Positions 9,355 through 19,000 of a stretch of DNA of 64,000 nucleotides are shown one piece after another. The notes beneath the pieces are model-generated. The model was given only the letters and a program-made list of their open reading frames with translations. It searched no databases and was not told where the DNA came from. Every line of letters begins with the position of its first letter. Positions within the stretch are counted from its first letter, which is position 1. Position numbers and translations under genes: made by a program. Origin of the DNA: an uncultured Gemmatimonadaceae bacterium (GTDB lineage: Bacteria; Gemmatimonadota; Gemmatimonadetes; Gemmatimonadales; Gemmatimonadaceae); assembly GCA_963781585.1 (NCBI GenBank), contig CAWAGQ010000004.1, positions 256,001 through 320,000 of the forward strand, written 5' to 3'.

Positions 9355-9984
9355 CTAACGCGAGCCGAGCGCGCCGGTTCGTTCCGGGAAGAAGCTGGCG
9401 GCCCGGCGTTCGATCGGGTCAGGAGAGTCCGGCCGCGCGAAGCCCGGGTGCGCGAGGGCGTGGCTTTCCTCCACCAGCTGATCCTCCCGGCTCAGGCGAT
9501 CGCGTTCCGCCCGGAGATCCGCGGCCAGGATCCTCGGGCAGGTTCCGGCGCTCAGCGCTAGGTCAAAAAGCGGCCGGAGACGCGGATCGGGGAATTGGCG
9601 CGCGAGCGCCTCGAAGGCGGCGCGCCTGCGCGCTGCTTTCTCTGCTGCCGTCGGAGGGGCCGGCGCCGGCGCGGCGGCATGCATGGGGGGCACCGCTACC
9701 GCCACCGCTTCTGGCTTTGGGCGCGGCGCTGGCGCCGGCTTTGCCGACGGCACCTGGCACCGTGGGGTAGCCGATGACGGGGTGCGGAGCGCGAGCGCCA
9801 ATCGGGCTCGTGCGTGTGGTCCGTCATCACCCGCGTGCAGGAAGGCTTCGACGCGCCTGGCCATCGCGAAGACCTCGAGCGGGTCGCTGGCTAGACGCGC
9901 GCGCACGGCGGCGACGTCGATCTCCCGGACGAAAACCAGGCCTTCGTTCACCAGGGCGAGCGCGGAGCGAGCGTCCTCGATCAT
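9355..9984 (-). CDS. Hypothetical protein
   Basis: 209 aa; ATGA overlap with the upstream HTH gene; Pro/Ala linker. Confidence 0.55.
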   Translation of the reverse strand: MIEDARSALALVNEGLVFVREIDVAAVRARLASDPLEVFAMARRVEAFLHAGDDGPHARARLALALRTPSSATPRCQVPSAKPAPAPRPKPEAVAVAVPPMHAAAPAPAPPTAAEKAARRRAAFEALARQFPDPRLRPLFDLALSAGTCPRILAADLRAERDRLSREDQLVEESHALAHPGFARPDSPDPIERRAASFFPERTGALGSR

Positions 9985-10199
9985 CGGACGCCCCCCGCAC
10001 CTGCCATGGGCCGCAGATGCGAAAACGAGTCACTATCCCGGAGCGCATTGAGCACGGTGCGGCGGATGAAGTAGCGTTGTCCGACCGTTCCCTCAACGAT
10101 CACGCCCGCGACGTTGCCGAGCTGCATTTGTCGGAGGAGACGCTCGCGGCTCATCCGCAGCTCGAATGCGGCGCGACTGATGGGTACGAGATCATCCAT
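9981..10199 (-). CDS. Small HTH regulator (Cro/AlpA/Xis-like), first gene of the leftward operon
   Basis: LVPISRAAFELRMSRERLLRQMQLGNV; divergent from the XRE repressor; purine-rich RBS-like sequence upstream not clearly seen. Confidence 0.65.
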   Translation of the reverse strand: MDDLVPISRAAFELRMSRERLLRQMQLGNVAGVIVEGTVGQRYFIRRTVLNALRDSDSFSHLRPMAGAGGVR

Positions 10200-10291
10200 G
10201 GAGAGACCCCTTGACGGTTATGCGCGCGGCAATAGCTTTACGTGTGCAGCGTATACATCGCGTGCCATCAACGTAGACGAGAGCGTACACA

Positions 10292-10999
10292 ATGGCAAGG
10301 GGAGAACTTCTGGAAGACTCTTTGCGCGAACGCCTGGCGCAGCTGGTGAGAGCACGGTACCCGGACAGCGTCAACCGGGCTGCGCGTTCCATCGGCATTC
10401 CACAGCCGACACTGCACAGCATTCTTTCGGGAAGAACGGCCGAACCCCGGGTGCCCATCGTGCAGAAGATCGCTGCGCATTTCGGCGTCACGATCGATTG
10501 GTTGCTCACTGGCAGCGGCAATGCCGAAGCGCCCGAACACTCCGGACGGCCGACGCCACATTCCGAGCGAGCGCTGCAGGCCGTGGATCTGAATCCGCGC
10601 CTCCTCGGCCAATGGCTGAATTCCGTGCCAGGCGTACTCCACTCCGTCTTTCAGGTGATTGACCGAGAGCGTCTCATCGGAGACTATCCGAAGGGAACGA
10701 CGACGCAGGCCGTGGCCACGGTGAAGCGGCGCCAGGCGAATGAGTATCTCGATCGGTCCCTGGCCTTGGCCATCGAGGTTCTGATTCTGGAGCGCGGCCC
10801 GGAGCGCGCCCGTGAAGCACTGTCCCGCCCCGATGTGCTCGCGGCCCTCTCGCATTTGAGAGTCGATACGCCCGGGCCGACCGTCGAGGAAGTGGAGCAC
10901 TGGCGTAGCTATATCGATCAGGCCCCGAACTCGACCGGCGCGTCCGTAGGATCCCTTAGCCCGCGCCGCCGGAAGCACTCGCCGAAAAGAAAGCGTTAG
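10292..10999 (+). CDS. XRE-family HTH repressor (CI/Stl-like)
   Basis: SVNRAARSIGIPQPTLHSILSGRTAEPRVPIVQKIAAHFGVTIDWLLTG. Confidence 0.88.
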   Translation: MARGELLEDSLRERLAQLVRARYPDSVNRAARSIGIPQPTLHSILSGRTAEPRVPIVQKIAAHFGVTIDWLLTGSGNAEAPEHSGRPTPHSERALQAVDLNPRLLGQWLNSVPGVLHSVFQVIDRERLIGDYPKGTTTQAVATVKRRQANEYLDRSLALAIEVLILERGPERAREALSRPDVLAALSHLRVDTPGPTVEEVEHWRSYIDQAPNSTGASVGSLSPRRRKHSPKRKR

Positions 11000-11007
11000 G
11001 CGCACGC

Positions 11008-11370
11008 TCAGGGGGCGAGCCTCGGGCCCATCGGGTCGATGCGATCGAGGTGCTGCTCGAGCCACGCGATCGCGTCGAGCACGTCCTCGTACTCCCAGCT
11101 GCGGCCCTCACCCCACCAGGGCAGCGTGAGCTCCGCGATGACAACGCCGGTCGACGTCCGCGCCGCCAGGCGCGTGAGACCGCCGGCGGCCGGCAGCTGC
11201 ACCACGCCGCGCTCGCCTGGCCAGTCGCGCCCCTCGGGCTGATCCCCGGCGTCCGCCCGCTCGACGAGCGAGACCGTCCTCCGCCGATGCTTCACTCCCG
11301 CGTTGTTGCTGGGCAGGCTCTCGCCCATCCCATGATCCCCGCGCCTCCGGAAGCGGTTACTTCGCGGCAT
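11008..11370 (-). CDS. Hypothetical protein downstream of the ImmA-like gene
   Basis: Co-oriented ORF overlapping the ImmA-like stop. Confidence 0.4.
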   Translation of the reverse strand: MPRSNRFRRRGDHGMGESLPSNNAGVKHRRRTVSLVERADAGDQPEGRDWPGERGVVQLPAAGGLTRLAARTSTGVVIAELTLPWWGEGRSWEYEDVLDAIAWLEQHLDRIDPMGPRLAP

Positions 11371-11860
11371 GATCCGCCCCCGTTACATCGCGCCGCGTGG
11401 AGTCAACGGAGGCCGCGCCCGTGCCGCCGTGCTGCCCCGCCAGGAGGCGATCGACAAAGAGATCGGCTTCCACCTCGACTTGCGCATCGATCGTGGCACT
11501 GCGGGCCGGCGCGGCGTCGCCAACGTGGTTCAGCGCAATGTGCGCGAGCTCGTGGAGCACGGTGCGGACCAGGGCTGCTCCGCTGAGCTGCACGTGCACC
11601 AGGATCACGGCGACACCGCCGGCGGCGAAGACGAGCCCGGGTCGCGGGAGCGGCGCGCGGATCAGCACGATGCGTTCGCGCTCGAGCACCGCGATGAGGC
11701 TGGCGATGGTGATCTCACGGCGGAACTCCGGGTGCCGCTGGCGCCACGCTTCGACGGCCAGGCGCACGGTCAGCACGCGCGGCCGCAGCCGGCGCAGCGG
11801 CTCTCTGGGGAACGGGACGAGCGCCGACGTCGGCGCCGTGTACGGGACTGCGGTGGCCAT
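11357..11860 (-). CDS. ImmA/IrrE-family Zn metallopeptidase
   Basis: RTVLHELAHIAL ... EVEADLF (HExxH plus ExxA[DN]xF); GGAGG-like RBS. Confidence 0.82.
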   Translation of the reverse strand: MATAVPYTAPTSALVPFPREPLRRLRPRVLTVRLAVEAWRQRHPEFRREITIASLIAVLERERIVLIRAPLPRPGLVFAAGGVAVILVHVQLSGAALVRTVLHELAHIALNHVGDAAPARSATIDAQVEVEADLFVDRLLAGQHGGTGAASVDSTRRDVTGADHAAK

Positions 11861-11990
11861 GAGGATCCCCTCCGGACTGGTGGCGCCCGGAGGCCCGCCC
11901 GCGCTACCTTACGCGCGCAGGCCCTCGGGTCTGTGGGGAGCCAGTCGGAGATCCTTCCTGGGAGACACCGGCTGGCTCTTTCTATGCCGG

Positions 11991-12039
11991 AGATTATACG
12001 CAAAAGCGAATTGCGTCAATATGCAGCTTTGCGTATAGT
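11991..12039. promoter_or_regulatory. Overlapping divergent sigma70-like promoters with an inverted-repeat operator
   Basis: Plus strand TTGCGT(12011)-17-TATAGT(12034); minus strand TTGACG(12019)-17-TAATCT(11996); IR TATACGCAAA (11995-12004) / TTTGCGTATA (12028-12037). Confidence 0.65.
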
Positions 12040-12047
12040 GCAGTCCC

Positions 12048-12272
12048 GTGAGTCCGATCCGCCTCCGACTGCGCGAGCTCCGCGAAGCGAAGGGCCTCTC
12101 ACAACAGGCCCTGGGAGAGCGCGCCGGCGTCCGCCAGGCGACGATCTCGCAGCTCGAATCTGGACGCAAGCAGCGACTCGATTTCGGAATCCTCGAGCGT
12201 CTCGCCGACGCTCTCGGCGTGGAACCGGGCGAGCTCCTCGAGCGGGACGGGAAGCGGAAACGGGCTCGTTGA
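12048..12272 (+). CDS. XRE-family HTH transcriptional regulator
   Basis: RLRELREAKGLSQQALGERAGVRQATISQLESG...LADALGVEPGELL. Confidence 0.93.
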   Translation: MSPIRLRLRELREAKGLSQQALGERAGVRQATISQLESGRKQRLDFGILERLADALGVEPGELLERDGKRKRAR

Positions 12273-12275
12273 AAG

Positions 12276-13040
12276 ATGGCCGACATCAGTAGGGCCCTTG
12301 TTGAATCAGTCGCGCGTGGCCTGGACGTCGCGCACGAATTCCTGGATGGGGTCGAGGATCTCGGCGGACACATCGGGCTGATCCAAAAAGCCTTCAACGG
12401 TGTCCAGCAAGCACGTCTGAGGCGCTTTCTGCGCGCATTGGCTGCGCGGGAGCAGGAATTGACCGATGAAGAACGGGAGCAGCTCTACAAGCGACTCGAC
12501 ACGAGAGCTGGCAGGGAGCTCCTGGTTGACGCAGTCGACGCAGTCATCCGAACGAATTCGAAGCGCGCGGCCGCCGCTCTCGGACTCCTTATCGGGGATC
12601 CTTCCGGTGAGCGGTTCAATCCGAGCTTCCGGCGTAATGCGTGCGAGGCTCTGCGCGGACTCTCAGACGACCAGGTTGACCTTTTTCTCGCGTTGCTCCG
12701 AATAGCGCGCGAAGTACCGCAGCAATCTCAACGCACGATTCAGGGCGACGAATACGTAACGGACATTGGCATTTGGCACGCTGCGGCAAACGCCCAAGGG
12801 GTCAGCCTCCTCATTCAGCCCTTATACGCAAGACTCGGCCTAGACCCTTGGACTATCAGAAGTCGCACAAATCAGTTGATCACGCGCGGGCTCTTATTGC
12901 CGGACGTAGGGACGCGCGTGGACACCCAAGAATATCTGACTTTCGCATTCGGTGGCGAGTCCCTCCTGTTCGAGGATCTCTTCGTACGCGCTCGAGGCGC
13001 GATCGGTCCCGACGGAGATGACAGCGAACTCTCGAGGTGA
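12276..13040 (+). CDS. Hypothetical accessory protein (loosely Abi-alpha/DUF4393-like)
   Basis: 254 aa; lower GC; RLRRFL...LLVDAVDAVIRTNS...LRGLSDDQVDLF pattern. Confidence 0.65.
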   Translation: MADISRALVESVARGLDVAHEFLDGVEDLGGHIGLIQKAFNGVQQARLRRFLRALAAREQELTDEEREQLYKRLDTRAGRELLVDAVDAVIRTNSKRAAAALGLLIGDPSGERFNPSFRRNACEALRGLSDDQVDLFLALLRIAREVPQQSQRTIQGDEYVTDIGIWHAAANAQGVSLLIQPLYARLGLDPWTIRSRTNQLITRGLLLPDVGTRVDTQEYLTFAFGGESLLFEDLFVRARGAIGPDGDDSELSR

Positions 13041-13211
13041 TCGGACGAGGATTCGGACGCCTCCCGCTGCTCCAGATCTGGGACCGGCTGGACTGTATGG
13101 GGGGAAGGAGGAGAGGGGGGTCTGTACGCACAGGGAGCACTCCGGCCATCCCTCCACTGGCTCATCCCCAGGTTGCCAACGGCACTGCCACCACGTCACG
13201 TTACTTAGCGA

Positions 13212-14051
13212 ATGCCCGCACCACTTGTCGCCCCCGACTCCCTGCAGATCAGGCGCTCTGCATTTGCCCAGATCTACAGTCGACCTATTGAGATCCAGCG
13301 CGCCGAGGCTCTTGCGTTCTATGAGCTGATCACTCGAGACATCGGGCACTTTCCCGAGATGCTGAACCAGCCAACCGGGCTCGTGTTCAAGCGGCGCGCC
13401 GGCCAACACGTCTCGGAGGTACAGGTGAATCGCGTGAACATCGCCGGCCAACCACGTGGACCAGCGCCTGCGGCAACTCGGTTTCTATTTGCAGAGACGG
13501 GATCGACGCGCCCCGTCTCCGAGTTCAGCGCCGAAGTGGCTGCTGCGGTGGAGGCCTTCCGATCGAAGTGGCACAGCGTCGGCCGGGTCACGGTGACGGA
13601 GGTGTCCTTTCAAGCCACTGTCGCTGTGAACCACCCGGAGGGGTCAATGGGCTTCATCCGAGAGAGACTGGTCCCATCCGCAAACGACAAGGCACATCTC
13701 GGGCGCGATTTCCCAATCGCCCAAGTGAGGCTGACTGCTCCGCTCCAGCTCATCGCCGAGGGCGGACAGAGCGAGCCGCGTCATATACTCGACGATGCCG
13801 AAATCAGCCTGAGGTTGGAGCCCTTCGCCGAGGACCCCCGTTTCCTCTGGCTCGAATCCATTTATAAGTGGCCCCTTGTCCAGATGAGCCTGCAGGATGT
13901 GCCCATACCCGATGACGTTCGTTCAAGTCTCCCCCTCGGCCGCTCTCTGGAAGTCAATCAGAGCGAACGTGAAACGACTAGCTACATCACTGCGGGCTAC
14001 AACTATGTGAACAACAATGTCACCCCGTACCTCCAAGCGCTGGGTCGCTGA
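13212..14051 (+). CDS. Hypothetical accessory protein (possibly TIGR04255-like)
   Basis: 279 aa; lower GC; first of three co-oriented genes. Confidence 0.65.
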   Translation: MPAPLVAPDSLQIRRSAFAQIYSRPIEIQRAEALAFYELITRDIGHFPEMLNQPTGLVFKRRAGQHVSEVQVNRVNIAGQPRGPAPAATRFLFAETGSTRPVSEFSAEVAAAVEAFRSKWHSVGRVTVTEVSFQATVAVNHPEGSMGFIRERLVPSANDKAHLGRDFPIAQVRLTAPLQLIAEGGQSEPRHILDDAEISLRLEPFAEDPRFLWLESIYKWPLVQMSLQDVPIPDDVRSSLPLGRSLEVNQSERETTSYITAGYNYVNNNVTPYLQALGR

Positions 14052-14071
14052 TTCTCCGGGAGACGCTTCGA

Positions 14072-14368
14072 ATGTCAACCCTTACCAGTGCAAACCCGCT
14101 CGAGGTGTCCATGTCTGAATCTGGCGGGATGTTGCCAGTGCCGATCTTGGTCCTCGCCCTTTCGCTGCAGGGAGTCACGATCACCGACGCTCGGCCGCCG
14201 ATGGCGGTCGCACCCGCAGCCCTTCCAATCGGCGCGGCGACGCAGGGAGGCGATGCCCTGTCGTTTGCAGATGACGACCTCATGCCGGTCGGTCTCTCGA
14301 CCATGGAGCTGGCTGCCATGGCCCGCGGTCGTATGGGCGGAGACGCGAATCACATGCTCGACATCTGA
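14072..14368 (+). CDS. Small acidic hypothetical protein (antitoxin-like position)
   Basis: 98 aa (or shorter, from ATG 14111 after a GAGGTG RBS); lies between the 13212 and 14399 genes. Confidence 0.5.
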   Translation: MSTLTSANPLEVSMSESGGMLPVPILVLALSLQGVTITDARPPMAVAPAALPIGAATQGGDALSFADDDLMPVGLSTMELAAMARGRMGGDANHMLDI

Positions 14369-14382
14369 CCAACGGGAGGCCT

Positions 14383-14836
14383 GTCCCCCTGTTCGAAGAT
14401 GCCAGCGGTCCGCTCTCACAGGGGGACCTCTTTCTCGTCGGACTGGGACGAGGACCGCGCGACACGATTGGGTGCGGTCCTTGTCTTGAATCATTCGTGC
14501 GAGCTTGACAAATCCGCCGTGGACTTGGTCCTCGTCGCGCGCGTGATCCCTCGCATGGGAACGGACCCGGGACTATGGGGCGACATCCAGCGCGGTCGAG
14601 TGTGGCACGCCTTGCTCGCGGAGGGACTGATGCCGGAGGCTTGGATCAGTCTCCGGGAAATCCTTCCCATATCGAAAGCGGTGCTGATAGAACGGATTGC
14701 ACGCAGAAGGCTTACTCTTACAGAATCCGGTCGCCTCGCGCTGGCCGAGAAGGTGTTCCAGTGGCTCACTAGGAGCTTGCCGCCCGCCAAGCGCGGCCCA
14801 CAGCTCTCATTTCCTATCACCGATCCCCGGCCGTAG
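14383..14836 (+). pseudogene. Remote PemK/MazF-like toxin candidate with a 1-bp frameshift near 14432 (possibly an assembly error)
   Basis: PLFEDASGPLSQGDLF lies in one frame after GGGAGG; DWDED...VLVLNHSCELDK...VFQWLTR lies in the next frame. Confidence 0.5.
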
Positions 14837-14922
14837 TCCAACACGGGTAGCCGCCGCCGGTGCGATCTTCCGCTCCGCGACCGATGGGGTAGGTTCCGAA
14901 GCAGTCCCGTCATGGAGCGCCG

Positions 14923-15303
14923 GTGCCACGACCCTCGCTGAGGCCCACCTGGACCGAGCAGGCCCTCCGCCTGATCGGATGGGTCACGGTCATCGTGTCG
15001 ATCTTCGCGGGCATGGCATGGCTCGCGAATTCTGGCTCCGATCCCGCGGCCGCGGCATACGGCGTCGCTGCAATGCTCGTCGGGCTCTGCGCGGCGCCGG
15101 TGACGTTCGCGCTCGCGGAGATCCTCGAGCGATTGCGCCTCACTCAGGAGCGCGCGCTGCAGTCCGAGTGGGATCGCGAGCATCCGAGGTCCGAGACGCC
15201 GCCGCCGGCGACCAGGCGCGATAGAGAGCGGAGCAGGGAAGCACCGGTGCCGGCACCGGCACCTGCGCGTCAGCCAGATGCAGCCCCGCGGCGATTCCGC
15301 TGA
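14923..15303 (+). CDS. Two-TM membrane protein
   Basis: Hydrophobic segments LIGWVTVIVSIFAGMAWL and YGVAAMLVGLCAAPVTFAL. Confidence 0.65.
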   Translation: MPRPSLRPTWTEQALRLIGWVTVIVSIFAGMAWLANSGSDPAAAAYGVAAMLVGLCAAPVTFALAEILERLRLTQERALQSEWDREHPRSETPPPATRRDRERSREAPVPAPAPARQPDAAPRRFR

Positions 15304-15759
15304 GGCGACGTTAGGCATAGCATGTCGAGAACCGCTCCGGCGTTCCCAGGCTGTGGCCTGATCCCTCTTTGCCTCCCAAGGAGCTCAGGATGCCGGTGGC
15401 TTTGGGGGACCAGGCGAGTCCGGATGGCACTTTTTCCGCTTCTTCCCGGACCCGCACCCGCATCCGGCGCAACGGGTGGGCCCCGACACAAAGAGCGCTC
15501 CTGGCCGGCGAACGCGGTCCCGGGTCCGGCATCGGCGGCTTTACGATCTGCAGGACCTCGCCCGCGCGGCGACGTTCTGGGAGACGCGAATGCCCGGCGT
15601 GCCATCGGCGCTGCGTATCGACATTGAACGCCTGGTGCAGCTGACGGCGCCATCTCCTGGCCGCACGAGGGGGTGAGCTCTCCGCCGTCCCACGGCCCGT
15701 ACCATTGGCATTGCCCGAAAGTCGCCCGGGGCCGTCGGGGGACCCGGCGAGATCGGGCC

Positions 15760-16092
15760 TCAGGCGTGATCGTGCGAAGCCGGGGCGGGTGTCGGCGTCG
15801 CGGCGAGCGGTGAAGCTGCCGGCGCGGGGTCCCGGGAAAAATGAAGGCGGTACTCGCGGGTCCGGCGGTCTGGTGACGCCTGCGCCTCGAGGTAGCCGGC
15901 GCCGCTGAGGCGACGCAGCGCGACGCTCGCCGTGGACTCGCTCACCACGGCCAGGCGCGCGACGACGACGAGCTTCACGTGCCGGAACTCCACGAAGTCG
16001 AGCACGTCGCTGATCGCGAGGAGCACGCGCACATCCGCGGCCCGGAGCTCCGGCGCGCCGGCGGCCTGGGCGATCGCCGGAAAGAGCGTCAC
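15760..16092 (-). CDS. Winged-helix (MarR/RepL-like) DNA-binding protein
   Basis: ADVRVLLAI...VVARLAVVSESTASVALRRLSGAGYL...YRL; begins 1 nt after the TMP stop. Confidence 0.7.
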   Translation of the reverse strand: MTLFPAIAQAAGAPELRAADVRVLLAISDVLDFVEFRHVKLVVVARLAVVSESTASVALRRLSGAGYLEAQASPDRRTREYRLHFSRDPAPAASPLAATPTPAPASHDHA

Positions 16093-16093
16093 G

Positions 16094-19000
16094 TTAGGCC
16101 CTGGCTGTCATGCCCAGCGTGCGCAGATCATCATCGTTGATCTCTGCGATCGCCTTCCGGATCTGGCGCGCCAGCTCCTTCGAGACCTTGTCGGCAGCGC
16201 CGCGCGCGTCGGCTGGGACGCCATCGAAGCGCACGTTGAGCGTCGTCGTAATCTGGGGGGCGAAGACGGAGCCGCTGCGGCCGACGCTCATCGCGATCGC
16301 GGCCGTCGTCGTTGAGGGCAGCGCGGGCGGCTGGACCGGGCCGAGCGTGAGGCGTGGTAGGCCGATCGGCGCGAAGGCGGGTGCCGCGGGCAGGCCCGCG
16401 TCCTGCTTGGCGAATTCCACCAGCTGCCGCGTGAGGGCCACGAGCGTGCGCTGGTAGTCGAGGAGGCGATCCCCTTGGATGGCGGTGAGCTGCGGGGTGC
16501 CACTCAGGACTTCCGTGCCGGCGCCCGCCGCGGCAGTCACGCCCTGGCTGACCGCGCTCGGGATCGCGCGGATGGCGTCCAGGATCTGGAGGATCGCCTG
16601 CTGCGTCGTCTTGTCGGTGGTGCGTTCGCCGAGGGCTATGAGCTGCTGCTCCAAGGCGGCGCGCCCGCCAGCGGTCGTCACATCCGCTCCGGCCGTCACG
16701 GCCGCGAGCTCCGGCGTCACTTTGCCCAGGGCCTGGACCGTGCGCACCGCCTTCTCGATCGGGTCGGTGATGTTCTCGAGATGGAGCCCGAAGCTCAACG
16801 CATCCGCGGCACTCTGCAGACTATTCGCCGCCTCGGCGGCGGCAGTGTCGAGCGTGCCCAATGCGGCCACGAGCGCGTCGATCTGCTCGGTCGTCAACCC
16901 CTCGAGCTGGAAACCGCCCGCCCGCAGGTCATCGAAGAACCGACGGATTCGATCGTCGGCCTGCTGCACGCCGGCCGCCGTCGTGAGGTCGATGCCGTCG
17001 AAGAGATGCGCGAACGCCGGGAATGCTGCTTTGAACCCGTCGACCTTGGCGGCGAACTTCGCGATCGGATCGGTGATGTGATCAAACTCGATGGTGAGGT
17101 CCGATCGACTGAGGATACGCTGCGCCGCGTCGGCGGCCTCCTGGTCCGCCCGGTCCAACAGGCTGAGAATGAAGGTGATGCCGTCAGCGAATGGCTGCTC
17201 CGCCGCCGTGATGCCATCCTTCGCGATCTCCGCGTAGTCGGCGCGGAGGCGCTTGCGGAGTTCATCGCGCGCGGCCGGATCCAGCGGATTGAAGGAGCCC
17301 AAGCCCTCCGTGAGCGACGCGAATCCTTCGGGCAGTTTGAAGTTCGCCAAGGACTGCGTGATCTGATCGCTGACAGAGGTCCCGAGGACCTCAAAGCCGG
17401 TGCGGATATTGTTGAAGGCGTCGTTCACATGCGACGCCAGCTCATCGGCCGCAGCCGCGCCGGCATCGAAGCTGTCAGATAATCCCCCGATCGCCTGCAA
17501 CTGCGCCTTCTCGGCCTCCGTCAGGATGCCATCCGCGAGCATACCCTCGATGATCGGCTTGATCGATTTCCTGAATGCGTCGCGCGAGGAGAAGTCGATC
17601 TGCGCCGCGAGCTCCGGGAAGTCCTTCGTGAAGGCCTCGACGGCCTTCTTCGTCGCCTCGTCGACCGAGAGCACGCCGTACTTGACGCCCACCGCGAACA
17701 CGTCGAGCGAGCCGCTGAACGCATCGGCCGCGAGCTGCGCCGCATTCTCGAGGGAATGGATCCCGTCGATGATGTCTGAGATCGCCTGCAGGAATTCGTC
17801 TGGGGAAAGGTTGCCGAGCTGGCTCAGGTCCAGCTGGCCGATGTTGTCGACCAGGCCCGCGAGCCGCGTGATTGCTTCACTGCGCCCGGCCTGCGTCGTG
17901 AGGTCGAGCCCGGAGAGCGCCTGCTGGATCGCGCTCGAGCCGCCCGCGGCGGCGTCCGTCGCCGCGGCGATCGTCGCGGTCACCTTCTTGAGTTCCCCAT
18001 CCCATCCCGTGAAGGCCTCGGGCTGCGCCTTGATGTCGATGTCGAGGCGTTTGAGCGCCCCGCTCCAGCTCTTCAGGATCTGCTCGAGCTGGAAGGTCTT
18101 GATCGCGGCCTGCAGCGCCTTGAACTCCGACACCAGCGGCGGGTTGCTGAGCCCCACGCCGAAGCTCTGGGCCGCCTTCTTGAGGTCATCCAGGCCGATG
18201 CCGGCCGCATGCAGCGCGGCGAGCAGATCCGCGGACGTGGTGATCGGGCCTGTAACGAAGCGCCCCTGCCCGCCGCCTAACGTTCCGACGTCGAAGCGCG
18301 TCTGGGTGAGCGACAGGTCGCGGATTGCCGCGGTCTTCGCCGGCGTGGTGGTGAGCTGGATCGCTGCGACCAGCCCGTCGCGGAGATCGCGCAGCCGCTC
18401 GTTGTTCTCCTTCAGGATGCGGTCGTGCTCCACATCGGCCGGCGATTTCCCGAAGAGCCCACCGATCGTGCCGGCCAGGGCGATGCCGCCACCGAGGATC
18501 TGGCTCAGGCCGGGCAGCGCCGAGACGATCCCACCTCCGGTCGAGAAGAGCTGACTGAGTCCGCCGGCGCTCTTCGCCAGGCTGCTGATCTCGCGGAAGC
18601 CGTCGACGAGCTGCACGACGGATCCGAGGACCTTGGTGATCGCGTCGTCGGCGCCGAGTAGAGCGGACGCGATGCCGAAGGCGGCCTTCGCGGCGTCACC
18701 CAGATGCTGTCCCAGCGTGGCCGCCTGCTGGTTCCCTTCGAAGTAGGCGTCGACTTCGTCCTGCTTCGCCTTCGCGATGCGCTGGCCCAGGTCCGCGATC
18801 GCCGTCTCGAGGGTCAGCCGCTCCTTGTCGAATTCGGCGCCCTTGCCGGAGAGCGCCGCCAGGCGATCGGCCAGATCCGCCTGCTGACGCTGCAGCTCAG
18901 GGAGCTCGATGCCAATGTCTTTCGACTTCGCGATCGCCTTGTTCGCGTCCTCGATCGCCGCCGTCGTGTCGATCAGGCTCTGCTCAGCATCCTCGAGCTG

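Noticed and set aside
15310..15760. Short ORFs (e.g. 15476-15676) or a cos/pac site between the accessory and TMP modules
   Set aside because: No motif, clear RBS or repeat structure that I could support
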